Shown piece after piece: positions 45,946-56,960 of a DNA stretch of 64,000 nt. The notes beneath the pieces were generated by a model. It was not told the origin of the DNA. It worked only from the letters and a program-made list of their open reading frames with translations, and searched no databases. The DNA comes from Felis catus. Its lineage: Eukaryota. The DNA is taken from assembly GCF_018350175.1 (NCBI RefSeq), contig NC_058383.1, positions 1,240,001-1,304,000 of the forward strand. Direction: 5' to 3'. A program made the translations under genes and the position numbers. The number at the start of each line of letters is the position of its first letter. The stretch's first letter is position 1.

Positions 45946-47224
45946 GGAGGGCGTGAGGCTGGATTGGAGGCCCCGCCCCTCCGCCAGGCCCGCCCATCTG
46001 CCCCGGGCCCTCCCGCCACCCGGCCTACCCGTTTGCCCCATTCCCCGCCCACTCTGGACCCCGCTCGGGGTCCCGCCCCACCTGCCCGGTTCGGCTCCGA
46101 GGCCCCGCCCCTCCCTCCACCAGGCCCGCCCACCTGTCCCAAGCCCCGCCTCTCCGCCAGGCCCGCCCATCTGCCCGGGGTCTCGCCCCCTCCCCTCCAG
46201 GAAGCCTCGCGGCGAAAGCCAGGCTCAGGGAACCCGGACGCTATAGTTCCCCGGGAGAGGTGGGCAGCTTGGTCACGGCTTTCGGGTCCAGCTTGAAGCG
46301 GGCACAAACGCCTGCCAGGGGTACAAGAGGCGTGTTCACTGTGTCATGATCCTGCCATTATGTGGGCCCATCTTTCAGGTGAGGAAACCGAGTGGAGAGA
46401 AGTTGTCACCCGCCTGGGTCCCACGAGGAAGAGTGACCCAGTGGGCTGTGAGCCCCGCAGCCGCTGCAGAGCGGGCACTGACGAGGACCAGTAAACCAAA
46501 GTGTATCTGTTACCTGTTAATTGAGTCGTTCACACTGCAAACGGGTGTGACCCTCTCGCCACTGTGCGGTAGGGGTGCTGACACCGTTTCACAGGTGAGG
46601 CACACAGAGGCGCCTGCATCGGGAAGTGTCGGGGCAGGCCACACCACCCCTTCTGTGCTGGCGCCAGGACCCGACGTGAGCAGGAATCTGGGGCAGAGGC
46701 CGAGGACCCTCAGGAGTGGGCTGGGCTGAGGGTCACATCCTGGGCAGGACTGGGAGGCGGGGCCCCTCCCGGAGTGACCTCAGTCTCCGCATCCAGACGG
46801 CGTGTGGCGGGGGAGCTGGAGCGAATCGCTCGGGTTCTGCCCCTGCCCTCCAAACACGGCGAGTCCGGGATCCACCAAGGACTGTACCGGCACAGGGACC
46901 CGGGCTTCACCTGCTCTCGCACCCGGCCGGCCCCCCACAGGGCCCCTCCCGGCGCCTGTGGCTTCACCACCGGGAATTTGAGCGCCTCTGGCCACCACAC
47001 GCCCCCCGCCCCGGGAGGAGGCGTCTGTGGGGATTAGGGGCTGCCAGGGGCAGAGGGAGCCCCTGGGGCTGGGGGACCCTGAGAAGCATGACCTTACCCA
47101 AGTCCCACTGCCCGGCCTCCTCCCGCAGCCCCCAGGCCCCCGCTGTCCCACCTGTCCCATCCACCAGCTACCACGCCATCGGGGGCCCAGTCGCACACAG
47201 CTACGTGCACACCCCAGCTGTACC

Positions 47225-47295
47225 GCTGCCAAGCTGTGTGGCCTTGAGCGAGTCGCTTCACTTCTCTGAGCCTTCGTATCCTCATCGGGAAAGTG
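47225..47295 (+). mobile_element. MIR core fragment (one of many MIR remnants)
   Basis: AGCTGTGTGGCCTTGAGCGAGTCGCTTCACTTCTCTGAGCCTTCGTATCCTCATCGGGAAAGTGGG. Confidence 0.7.
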
Positions 47296-48124
47296 GGCTG
47301 ACATCCTGGGCTGGTTCTGGCCCAGGTGTGGGCCTACCAGAGCCCGGAGCAGAAGAGGGCAGGTCTGCGGCCCCCGCCGGACCACAGGTCTCGGGAGGCC
47401 CTACTGTGTGCTGGTGCAGCATCAGACTCGATGTCGCTGCTGTCCCTGGCATCCCGCCACCAGCCTGAGAGCCAGGCCAGAGTGCCTTCCTCAGCCCCAT
47501 TTTACAGGTGGGAACACGGAGGCTCAGAGAGGCAGTGTGATTTGCCCAAGAAGTGAGAACAGGTTTCCAGCCCACGACTCAGCTGTAAGCAGAGCGAACC
47601 ATGGGCCAGGGGTCCCTAACCTCAGGCCCAGGGGTCCCTCGGGCTCCAGCTGGCCTGGCGCAGGTTGGGCTCCGGGACCCTTGGAGGAAGGACGCACAGC
47701 TACTTTATAAAGGCTGGTAATTGGCTCCTTCTCCCAGAGAGGGGCACAGCCGGGCCCTTCAGCATCTGTTGTGCGGACAGGCAGCCTGGGGCTGGGGCGG
47801 AGCCCCGGGGAGCCAAAGTGCGTGTGTCTCAAAGCGCGGCCGCGGGCCACACCGTGGGCGAGAATGGCCCCTTGGGCCGTCCCCACCCGTCAGGGGCGCA
47901 CGCGGCCCCACGCCCGCACTGATGCACATGCGCAACCCTCTGCGGTCCCAGGTAATAGCAAAAGCGGGGCTCAGGGACCGGTTTCCTCTAGCCCCAGGTA
48001 GGGAGGAGTGTTCAGAGCCCCCACAGGTTAGTCTCCTGGCCTCCAGACTCCTAGTCTTAGGACCCAGATCTATTGGTGGGAATCTTGTTCCCCAAACCCA
48101 GGACCACGAGACAAACCCCAGGCA

Positions 48125-48470
48125 AACCCAAACCGAGGGGCATTCTGCAAACCCTCTGACTAGTACTCCTCAAAACCGCCAAGGTCATCAAAGCAAGGGA
48201 GGTCACGCAACAGAGGAACCCAGGGAGCCAAGATGCAATGTCACATGGGTCCCGCGTGGGGCTCTTAAACAGGAACGGGAGCGAGGGAAACAGGAAATCT
48301 AAGTAACACGCGTGCGCTCCTAGGAGCGCACCTGCCTTGGTGTCGCGGCTGTGACCCACGTCCCCAAGGGAGGTGGGATGCTGACAGTGGGGGACGGTGT
48401 GCAGGGATGCGCGGGAACCCTGTTCCGTAAACCTACACTTTCCAAAAATAAAAGGTGTGTTTTAAAAAGA
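48125..48470 (+). mobile_element. L1MC/MD-type 3' UTR fragment
   Basis: CCCAAACCGAGGGGCATTCTGCAA...AGTACTCCTCAAAACCGCCAAGGTCATCAAAGCAAGG...TCCAAAAATAAAAG. Confidence 0.65.
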
Positions 48471-49869
48471 GAGAGCACACACAGGAGATCTGCCTGAATG
48501 CGGAGAAACTCACATCTGTTTCATCTTGGTGGTGGGTTCGTGGGTGTCTGTGACGTTGTTCTCTGCACTCCTCTGTGCTCGGAAACGTCTCATAATTAAA
48601 CACGTAAGAGAAAACAGACCCAGATCTGACGCGCCGCCCTGGCCCGACGCCCGCCAGAGTCTCCTGGAGCCCTTAGCATCAGATCCTCAGGTCTTAAGCC
48701 GGCCCACGAGATGGACAGGGACCTCCCCCCCACCCGCACGCACTCCTGACGCCACACGGGACCGGCCTCTGCCTGTTGCCTTCCTGTCGCCCCCTCTGGC
48801 CCCTGGACCAGTTCCCAGCCTGCAGCTCTCGCGCTGGGAGGGAGGGTCCCAGGTCCCAGCCCCCGTGGGGTCACCTCAACGGGCATCGCTGTTTGTGGTT
48901 CACAAAGCCCGCCCCCACCCCCGGGCCAGGGTCCGGGACCCCTGTGAGGCAGGTGTCATGCACCCACTTTCCAGACGGGAAGACAAGGCTACCCAGGAGC
49001 TGCAGGGGTGTGGCCTGGAGACCAGCGTTCTCTACCACACGCACCCCCAGCCTGGCGTCCCACCTGGAAAGTACTGCGGGGACCAAGAATCCAGCCTCCG
49101 GGCCCGGACCGCGTGGAATGAACGTCAGACCCTTGTGTTCTGGGCCCTGTGACTCTGCACCCTGTCTCCATCCAGCCACGCTGGCGCCTCCCCGTGTCTC
49201 CGCCACGCCGACCTGCCCCAGGGCCTTAGTACCTGCTGGCCCTGCCCAACACGCTCCACCCTGGAGAGGCATTCCCCGGCCAGGGCACGATGCTGCGCCG
49301 TCCCCGCCCGGCTGTCAGGGCTCCCTCCCACCCAAGCAGGGAAACCGAGGCCCAGAGGATAGAAGGAGCCTCTCACAGGGAGTCAGGGACAACTCACTGT
49401 TGTCTTCCCTCAGCTCGTCTCGTGAAATTCACAGATGCACATGTGTTCACATTCACAAAAACACCCACACGTGTGAACACACGTGTGTGCGTGCACACAG
49501 CAGGGCTGGGGGTCTGTGCTGGGCGGCCGGCCAGGTCTGCAGTGCTTACGATGCGCACGTGACGTGGGTGGCGTATGACGTGTCCCGTGGGTGTCCCGTG
49601 CCAGGAGCACACGTATGTGACACACTCCCTGCCGTGCGGCACGCGGATGAGCGGAGCGTTTTATCCCCATGTGCGTGCACATGCGTGTGCAAAGGCGGGC
49701 TGGCTGCAGTGGCCGTGTCGCAGTGGGTGTGGCAGGTGTGGCCAGAATCGGTGACAGCACGTGGGCTGTGGGTGCGACGGCCGGCCACCTACCAAGCTCT
49801 CTCTGTGTCTAAATGCCTCTGATGGGATCATACGTCACGTCAAGGACACCATTTCAATCAGTCAGTCGA

Positions 49870-50280
49870 TGGGTCAGTCGGTTGATTAATTCAGCAAAGC
49901 CGTGTCGAAGACCGCTACGTGCCAGGCCCCGGAGATTCAGCAGCGAACAGATCCCGTCCCTGCCATCACGAGACCTTCACTCCGGGGGTGCAGAGCTGTC
50001 CATGAACAAGTAGACATATGATGCCCTGACAGGAGCTGGTCAGTGTGAGTAGGCATGCAGGAGGGAGAGGGATGGCAAGTCATGTGGGGAAGTCTGGGAG
50101 GCCCCCTGAAAATCCAAGACCTCAGGTAGATGAGGGCGCCAGGCAACTACGCCAGGAGGGAAACGTTCCGGGCAAGGGATAGCAAGTGCAAAGGCCCTGA
50201 GGCAGGGGCACGTCTGCCTCGTTTGAAAACAGCAGAGAGGCTGGCGTTGCTGGAGCGGAGCGAGGGGGCGTCAGGCCAGC
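49870..50280 (-). mobile_element. L2 3' fragment
   Basis: ATTCAGCAAAG...CTACGTGCCAGGC...GGCAAGGGATAGCAAGTGCAAAGGCCCTGAGGCAGG is typical of antisense L2. Confidence 0.65.
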
Positions 50281-50779
50281 TGCATCAGGCTGTCCACCAT
50301 CTTCAGAGACTGTTTTGGTGACCACCTTCCCCTTCCCTGTCACCAGGGGACCAGCAGGGAAATGGGCAGGCAATAGTCTCAACTCCCATTGTGCCAAAGG
50401 GAAACTGAGGCCCAGAGAGCGCAAGGACCCTCCAGACCCTCCAGAACCTCGGGATGAGCTGTTGGGATCACCTTAGGCCCCCTGCCTCCCTGACCACGTG
50501 CGTCCAGGTAGAGTAGGTGGGCGTGGGGCCCACCTGGCGGGCAGGTGTCCCAGGGCACAGCAGTGAATTTCCGTGGGAAAACTTGGCATCAGGCTGGGCT
50601 TCCAGAAGGGGAGACTGGGGCCCCGAGAGGGCCTGCCCCCCTCCCTTAAGAAACTGTAGTGCACCTGGGCCGGACTGGGTCCCCACCTCTTCCCGTCCTG
50701 TCCCCCCAGTCCCATGACAAATAGAAACCTGGGCCGGGGACCATATCCCACCCTGGACTCCCCCTGCCCCAGCCCCCGA

Positions 50780-51370
50780 GGAACAATTTACCTTTCAGAG
50801 CCGGTCCAAGATATTAATTAAGATAAATCTACCTCAATTTTGAGATTCTCTTATCATGTAATTTATCAAAATTATGTTAATTATTTCTGTAGGGCAGCAA
50901 AATTATTACCTCTTTTGTGTCTGATTTGTATTAATATTCATAATTTAATAATTCAGCATCCTGGCCATCTGGTCCGGGATCAGGTTCCCTTCCCTCCTTC
51001 GGTCCCAGCCAAAGCGTCCCCACCACCCTGCCGGGTGTCCCCAGGGCCCGGCCCACCCTGTCCCCACGCCTTCCCCGCCGTCCACCCGGGCGGACTCCGC
51101 TGCTGCCCCGGGCCTGCCCGCCCCGGTGGCCCCACGCCGCCCGCGGCGCCCGAAGGCCCGAGCGCAGGTAGGCGCACCGTCGCCACCCTCGCTTGGCAGG
51201 TGAGCCAAGCTGAATTGACATTTTCCACACTTTGTGAGTTTTACACTGTAATTTGACATAATTAATGCCTACATTACTGCTGATAATTTAGCTAGTTAAT
51301 TAAACTCGGAGGAGATAATTAAGGAAAGGCTACTGCTTGGATTGCTAATTGTTTTTGTCATTATTTCAGG
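50780..51370. promoter_or_regulatory. Bipartite candidate conserved non-coding element
   Basis: Two extremely TAAT-dense AT blocks (50780-50960 and 51205-51370) separated by a CpG-rich spacer. Confidence 0.55.
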
Positions 51371-51533
51371 GGGCCGACAGCTGCCGGCTGAGTCATCCTG
51401 TTTTGTCAGCTGACGGGTCATGTGACACGGGGGTCCCCTGGGGTCCCCCACTTCCAGGGAGGGAGGCGTGCAGCCGGCTACCTGGCTGCTGCCTGGAACC
51501 CCGCCAAGAGCAGGGCGCTACTGGCTGGCCCAG

Positions 51534-51790
51534 CCCCTCCTCCCCCTCCTCCTCCTCCCCCTCCTCCCCCACCTTCCCCTCTTCCTCCTCCCCCTCCTCT
51601 CCCTCCTCCCTCCTCCTCCTTTCTCCACCCCTTCCTCCCCCACATCCTCCTTGTCCTCTCTCCCCCTCCTCCCCTCCTCCCCCCTCTCCTCCCCTCCTCC
51701 CCCCTTCCTCCTGCTTCTCCTTTCTCCTCCCCATCCCCCTTCCTCCCCCTCCTCCCTCCCCCTCCTCCCCTTCCCTCCTCCCCTCCTCCT
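51534..51790. repeat. About 257-bp (CCT)n-like polypyrimidine low-complexity tract
   Basis: Almost pure C/T on the plus strand. Confidence 0.95.
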
Positions 51791-53255
51791 GAGAGCTCTG
51801 GCCTGGGTCACACAAAGGTCAGCCTAAGCAAACGGAAGGAGGAGAGAGCCCTCCCAGCCCCACATCTGACCAGGGGGTGAGGTGACCCTGGCCACACCCC
51901 AGCCTCCCACAGTGGTCAGGTGGGCGGTAGGACTTCCCGGGCCACTAGGTTATCCCTCATCACCGAGAAGGCCAGGGAGGTCGGGGAGAAGGCGGGGTGG
52001 GGCAGGGACCGTGCTCCTCCAGACCTCGGATGCCGCCTGGTGGTAGGCAGACCTGAACAGGCGGATGGGGAGCTGCCGAGCCCCCCACGCCTGCCGAGGG
52101 GCCGCCGACCCCGGCACCAGCCATCAGCTGCCACCAGCAGCACCCCGCACCCACAAAGCCAGCCCCGCAGGTCGCACGGTATGGGGGTGTGCCGTTATCA
52201 TCGCGTCCTCACTTTCGCTGGCGAGAACACCATGTGACAGAGCCGATGCAGGCCCCGTGGGGGGCGGGGGAGCATCAGGACGGTAGCCGAGCCCAGGGGC
52301 CACGCTGTCCTGACAGGCCGGGACGTGGGTCGGGGCAGCTCCTTGCCTCCGAGGAGCTCCAGGTCCCACGCGGGACTCGGGACTCACGGTGCCACAGCAG
52401 CCAGCTTGGGGCCATGAGGGGAGATGAAGCCACCGTGCAGACAGTGGCGAGGCAGATGCAGGGAAGGGGCCCGGGACTTTGTTGATGTCCTGTTGGGGTC
52501 AGTGAGCGCTGAATTAGCCAGTCTAGACCCTTCTTTCACGTAGAAAGACCCTTCTTTCATGTTCTGGCGGCTAACGAACCAGAATGGTTTGGGTTTCCCT
52601 GACCTGGATGTTCTGAAAGCCCAGCCGAGCCCCCTACTGGATGCCCATCCCGCAGTGCCCCCGGCAAAGACGGGGTGGGCGTCTTTCCGTAATCGTATCG
52701 TTGTCTCATGGCAGGCTCGCGGGGGGCCTGGAAACCCGCTTTCTCCTGCTGAGCCTGTCCCTCTTCTCACCCCTGCCAAGAGCTGCCGCTTCCCCGGGAG
52801 GGCTGGCCTTCCTCCCGCGGCGGGCTCCAGCCCGCGGGACACTCGATCGGCCTAGGTGTCTGGCCTCGGACGGAAGCGCCCGCTTCGCAGATCCCGGAGC
52901 TCCTTCCCACAGCTTTCGCGCGGGCCACCTTCCACCAGACCTTCCTCTCTTGCACGACACCGAGAGCCACAAAACGCAGTCCACGCTTCCTGATACTCTG
53001 CTTTCCTGCCGCATTCCCGGCCCTGATGAACTCTGGTCTGGGACCCAGGTCCCGCGGGGTCGACTGGGTGTCTTTGCTGTGGGTGCCTCCCAATGACTGA
53101 CTTCCCAGCCCGGAGGGCTGGTCCCCACTGCGGACCCGGCCGCAGTTCCGTGACCTATAACGCCGCCAGTCCTGGCACGAAATTCCACATCAGCTAGGAC
53201 GCTTTCATCCACAAACACCAGAAAGCCTGAGAAAAAGTTTACGCACGGAGGGGAT

Positions 53256-53660
53256 TGTTACCCCAGAGGTAGCGCCCCCCGAAAGTTCGCGTCCATCCAG
53301 AACCTCAGAGGGCACAGACCACAGGGTCTTTGCAGACGATCACGGGGAGATGAGGTCATTAAGGTGGGTCCTGACCCGGTGTCCCTGGTGTCCTTATAAA
53401 ACGGGGTCATTTAGACACAGACATGCGCGCGGAGGAGAGGCCACATGCCCATGGAGGCAGAGGCAGGAGTGACACGGCCACCAGAAGCCGGGAGTGAGGC
53501 CCGACACACTCACCCCCACAGCCTCAGAAGCAAACAGCCTTGCTGACACCTTGATTTCAGATTTCTAGCCTCTGGAACTGGGGGGAAATAAATTGCTGTT
53601 GTGTTAAGACACCATCAAGTTTGTGACACTTTGTTATGACAGCCCTGGGGGCACATATAT
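53256..53660 (+). mobile_element. MaLR LTR (MLT1B/C-like)
   Basis: AGGGTCTTTGCAGACG...GATGAGGTCATTAAGGTGGG...GTGTCCTTATAAAA...GCTGACACCTTGATTTCAGATTTCTAGCCTCTGGAACTG...TTTGTTATGACAGCCC. Confidence 0.85.
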
Positions 53661-54324
53661 CTTAAGAAATCCAGAGGATAAAGAGGTTTTAGGACTGAAT
53701 AATCCAGTGGGTCACTCACTGATGTCATCAAAGACCCATGTGTCTTCATCGGTTCCGCTCTGCAATCTTCGGTACGTCAGCCATATTCCCTCTCGTGGTC
53801 ACAAAGTGGCTGCTGTAGCACCACGCATCCCAAGTAGGTATGATGTCCCACACAGAAGAAGGTATACCTTCCTGGTGCCTCCAATATCAGGGATGTGTGT
53901 GGATGGCCCTGATTGGCTTGCAGTAAGGAGGGTTCATTTCCTAGGCTTGGGAGGGGGACACATCTGAACAAAACGGGGAAAAGCAGCAGCGTCTGCCTGG
54001 ATGCACATCCGGGGCCCTAGGAAGAGTGGCAGACGGGACCGCAACGAAAGCAAGTGGCAGGGAATGTTGTGGGGGCGGGAGTGGAGCGTGCAGAAGGCCA
54101 GGTTCTGTGGGGTGGCCCAGCCACTGACCCTCCGCTCTGCGTGTGGCTGCCCCCACCCCTGGACAGCTGGCCGCGGGGCTCCCAGCACCGCCCACAGCTT
54201 CCCCGAGGGAATTACCTACCCAGTCACACTTGTGTGTCTTTGACTCCCCCTTTAGGACCCACAGTCCAGGTGGGGACACACCTGACAGAGGGGTGTTTGG
54301 CCTCAGGGAGCCTGCTGACTATGC

Positions 54325-56520
54325 TGTGCATTATGGGGTGAGCCATGTCTCCCGAAACGATACATCCACGTCCTAACCCTGAAACCTGTGACCTTTCCCA
54401 GACCTGACCCTGGGACCCTTGAACCTCCCGCGTCCTGGCCCTGGGACCCGCGAACTTCCCACGTCCTGACCTTGGGACCCACGAACATACTCGTCCTGAC
54501 CCTGGGACCCGTGAAACTCTCGCATCCTGGCCCTGGGACCCGTGAACGTTTTGCATCCCGAACTTCGGACCCGCGAACATACTAGTCCTGACCCTGGGAC
54601 CCGCGAACCTCCCACGTCCTGACCCTGGGACCCGGGAACCTCCCACATCCTGGCCCTGGGACCCGCAAACTTCCCACGTCCTGACCTTGGGACCCACGAA
54701 CATTCTGAGTCCTGACCCTGGGACCCGTGAAACTCTCGCATCCTGGCCCTGGGACCCGTGAACGTTTTGCATCCCGAACTTGGGACCCGCGAACATACTA
54801 GTCCTGGCCCTGGGACCCACGAACCTCCCTCATCCTGACCCTGGGACCCGCGAACCTCCTGCGTCCTGGCCCTGCGACCGCGAACGTTCTGAGTCCTGAC
54901 TGTAGGACCTATAAACGTACTAGTCCTGGCTCTGGGACCCGCGAACCTCCCTCATCCTGACCCTGGGACCCGCGAACATACTAGTCCTGACCCTGGGACC
55001 CGCGAACCTCCTGCGTCCTGGCCCTGCGACCGCGAACGTTCTGAGTCCTGACTGTAGGACCTATAAACGTACTAGTCCTGGCCCTGGGACCCTCGAACCT
55101 CCCACGTCCTGACCCTGGGACCCGGGAACCTCCTGCATCCTGACCCTGGGACCCATGAACCTCCTGCATCCTGGCCCTGGGACCCGCGAACGTTCTGAAT
55201 CCTGACCTTGGGATCCAGGAGCATACTAGTCCTGGCCCTGGGACCTGCGAGCCTCATCCTCCTGGCCCTGAGACCTGCGAACGTTTGAGTCCTGACCTTG
55301 GGACTCGCCAACATACTAGCCCTGACTCTGGGACCCGCGAACCTCCCTCATTCTGGCCCTGGGACCTGAGAACATACTAGTCCTGACCCTGGGACCCACG
55401 AACCTCCCACGTCATGGCCCTGGGACCGGCGAACGTTCTGAGTCCTGACCTTGGGACCTGCCAACATACTAGTCCTGACCCTGGGACCCGCGAATCTCCC
55501 TCATCCTGACCCTGGGACCTGTGAATGTCTGAGTCCTGACCTTGGGACCCTTGAACATACTAGTCCTGACCCTGGGACCCGCGAACCTCCCTCATCCTGA
55601 CCCTGCGACCCACGAACATACTAGTCCTGGCCCTGGGACCCGCGAACCTCCCACGTCCTGGCCCTGGGACCGGTGAACGTTCTGAGTCCTGACCTTGGGA
55701 CCTGCCAACATACTAGTCCTGACCCTGGGACCCGCGAACCTCCCTCATCCTGACCCTGGGACCTGTGAACGTTCTGAGTCCTGACCTCGGGACCCTCGAG
55801 CATACTAGTCCTGGCCCTGGGACCCGCGAACCTCCCTCATCCTGGCCCTGGGACCCATGAACCTCCCTTGTCCTGGCCCTGGGACCCAAGAACCTCTTAC
55901 ATCCTGACCTTGGGACCCACGAAGGTAATAGTCTTGGCCCTGGGATCTGCAAACATCCTGTGTCCTGACCCTGGGACCCATGAACGTTCTGAGTCCTGAT
56001 AGTGGGACCTGCGAACCTCCCGTGTCCTGACCCTGGGACCCGCAAACGTTCTGAGTCCTGATCCCAAAACCCACAAGCCTCCTGCGTCCTGACCCTGGAG
56101 CCCAGGAATGTTCTAAGTCCTGACCCTGGGACCCACGAACCTGACCTTACTTGGAAGGAGGGACTCTGCAGACATGATGGTTAAGTTGAGGTCACGCTGG
56201 GGCAGGGAGGGCCGCAGTCCAGGGACTAGTGTCCTCACAGAAGAGGGAACACGGACATACACACAGGGAGGAGGCCACGTGGCCACGGAGGCAGAGGTTG
56301 GGGTGACGCGGCCACTGGCCCAGGATCGCCCAGGATTGCCGGCGGCCACCAGGAGCTGGACGAGGCGGGAAGGACCCTCCCCTGGAGCCCTGGGAGGGAG
56401 CGCGGCCCTGACACCTTGAGTTCGGACCTCTGGCCTTGGAACTGGCAGGAGGGTCAGTCTTGCTTGTCTGAAGCGCCCAAGCTGGCGCTCTGTTCCACAG
56501 CCCCAGGACACTCGGAACCC
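54325..56520 (+). mobile_element. MLT1C-like LTR split by an internal minisatellite
   Basis: 5' part CCCGAAACGATACATCCACGTCCTAACCCTGAAACCTGTGA; resumes at about 56141 with TGACCTTACTTGGAAGGAGGGACTCTGCAGACATG...GGAGGCAGAGGTTGGGGTGACGCGGCC...CCACAGCCCCAGGACAC. Confidence 0.8.
54371..56145. repeat. GC-rich minisatellite (VNTR), 30-31-bp unit, roughly 57-58 copies
   Basis: Consensus TCCTGACCCTGGGACCCGCGAAC followed by variant tails CTCCCACG, ATACTAG, GTTCTGAG or CTCCCTCA. Confidence 0.97.
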
Positions 56521-56629
56521 CAAACCCATCGTCCCTGTCTCCTGTGACACAAACGCAAAGGCCGGCCCTGTCCCTCCGGAGCCTCACCCCTGACCCCGGC
56601 CACCACGCCAGGCACCAGCCCCCACCCAC

Positions 56630-56960
56630 TGATGCAATCACCCCTTTCTAGAAAGTTCTCCCTCATAAAGAAATGAGAATAGAAATGGCCCATATGGAAA
56701 TATAATGTTGTTAAAACCACTGATTAAGTTTTACACAACCGTGTGAGAACAAACGGAAAGGTTTTAGCTTTTTAATTTAAGGAAAGAGGAATATGATATA
56801 ATTTCAATTTGTGATAAGATAAGATGTTCTCGATATTGCGGCTTCAATTGGATTACATCCTAATGTACTTTGTAAAGTGTCAGGCTGGCTGCAGATTAAG
56901 GTGTGTGTGTGATATTCTTTATTAACAACGTAATGGGCCACATTCGCGCCATCCGTCTTC
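56630..56960. promoter_or_regulatory. Candidate conserved non-coding element
   Basis: AT-rich island; TGATTAAG, GTGAGAA, TTAATTTAA, TGATAAGATAAGAT (GATA-like), GGATTAC and CAGATTAAG. Confidence 0.5.

Noticed and set aside
48776..49822. 348-aa ORF
   Set aside because: Runs through MIR-like and decayed (CA)n sequence; no domain or supporting splice structure
51349..51880. Pro/Ser-rich or Glu/Gly-rich ORFs
   Set aside because: Simple translations of the (CCT)n tract
52525..52559. AGACCCTTCTTTCA repeated with a 21-bp period
   Set aside because: Trivial local duplication with no further structure
54371..56145. CRISPR-like look: a constant ~23-bp core with short variable segments
   Set aside because: The variable parts are only 7-8 bp and recur, there are no unique spacers or cas genes, the context is mammalian, and the unit derives from the surrounding MLT1 LTR
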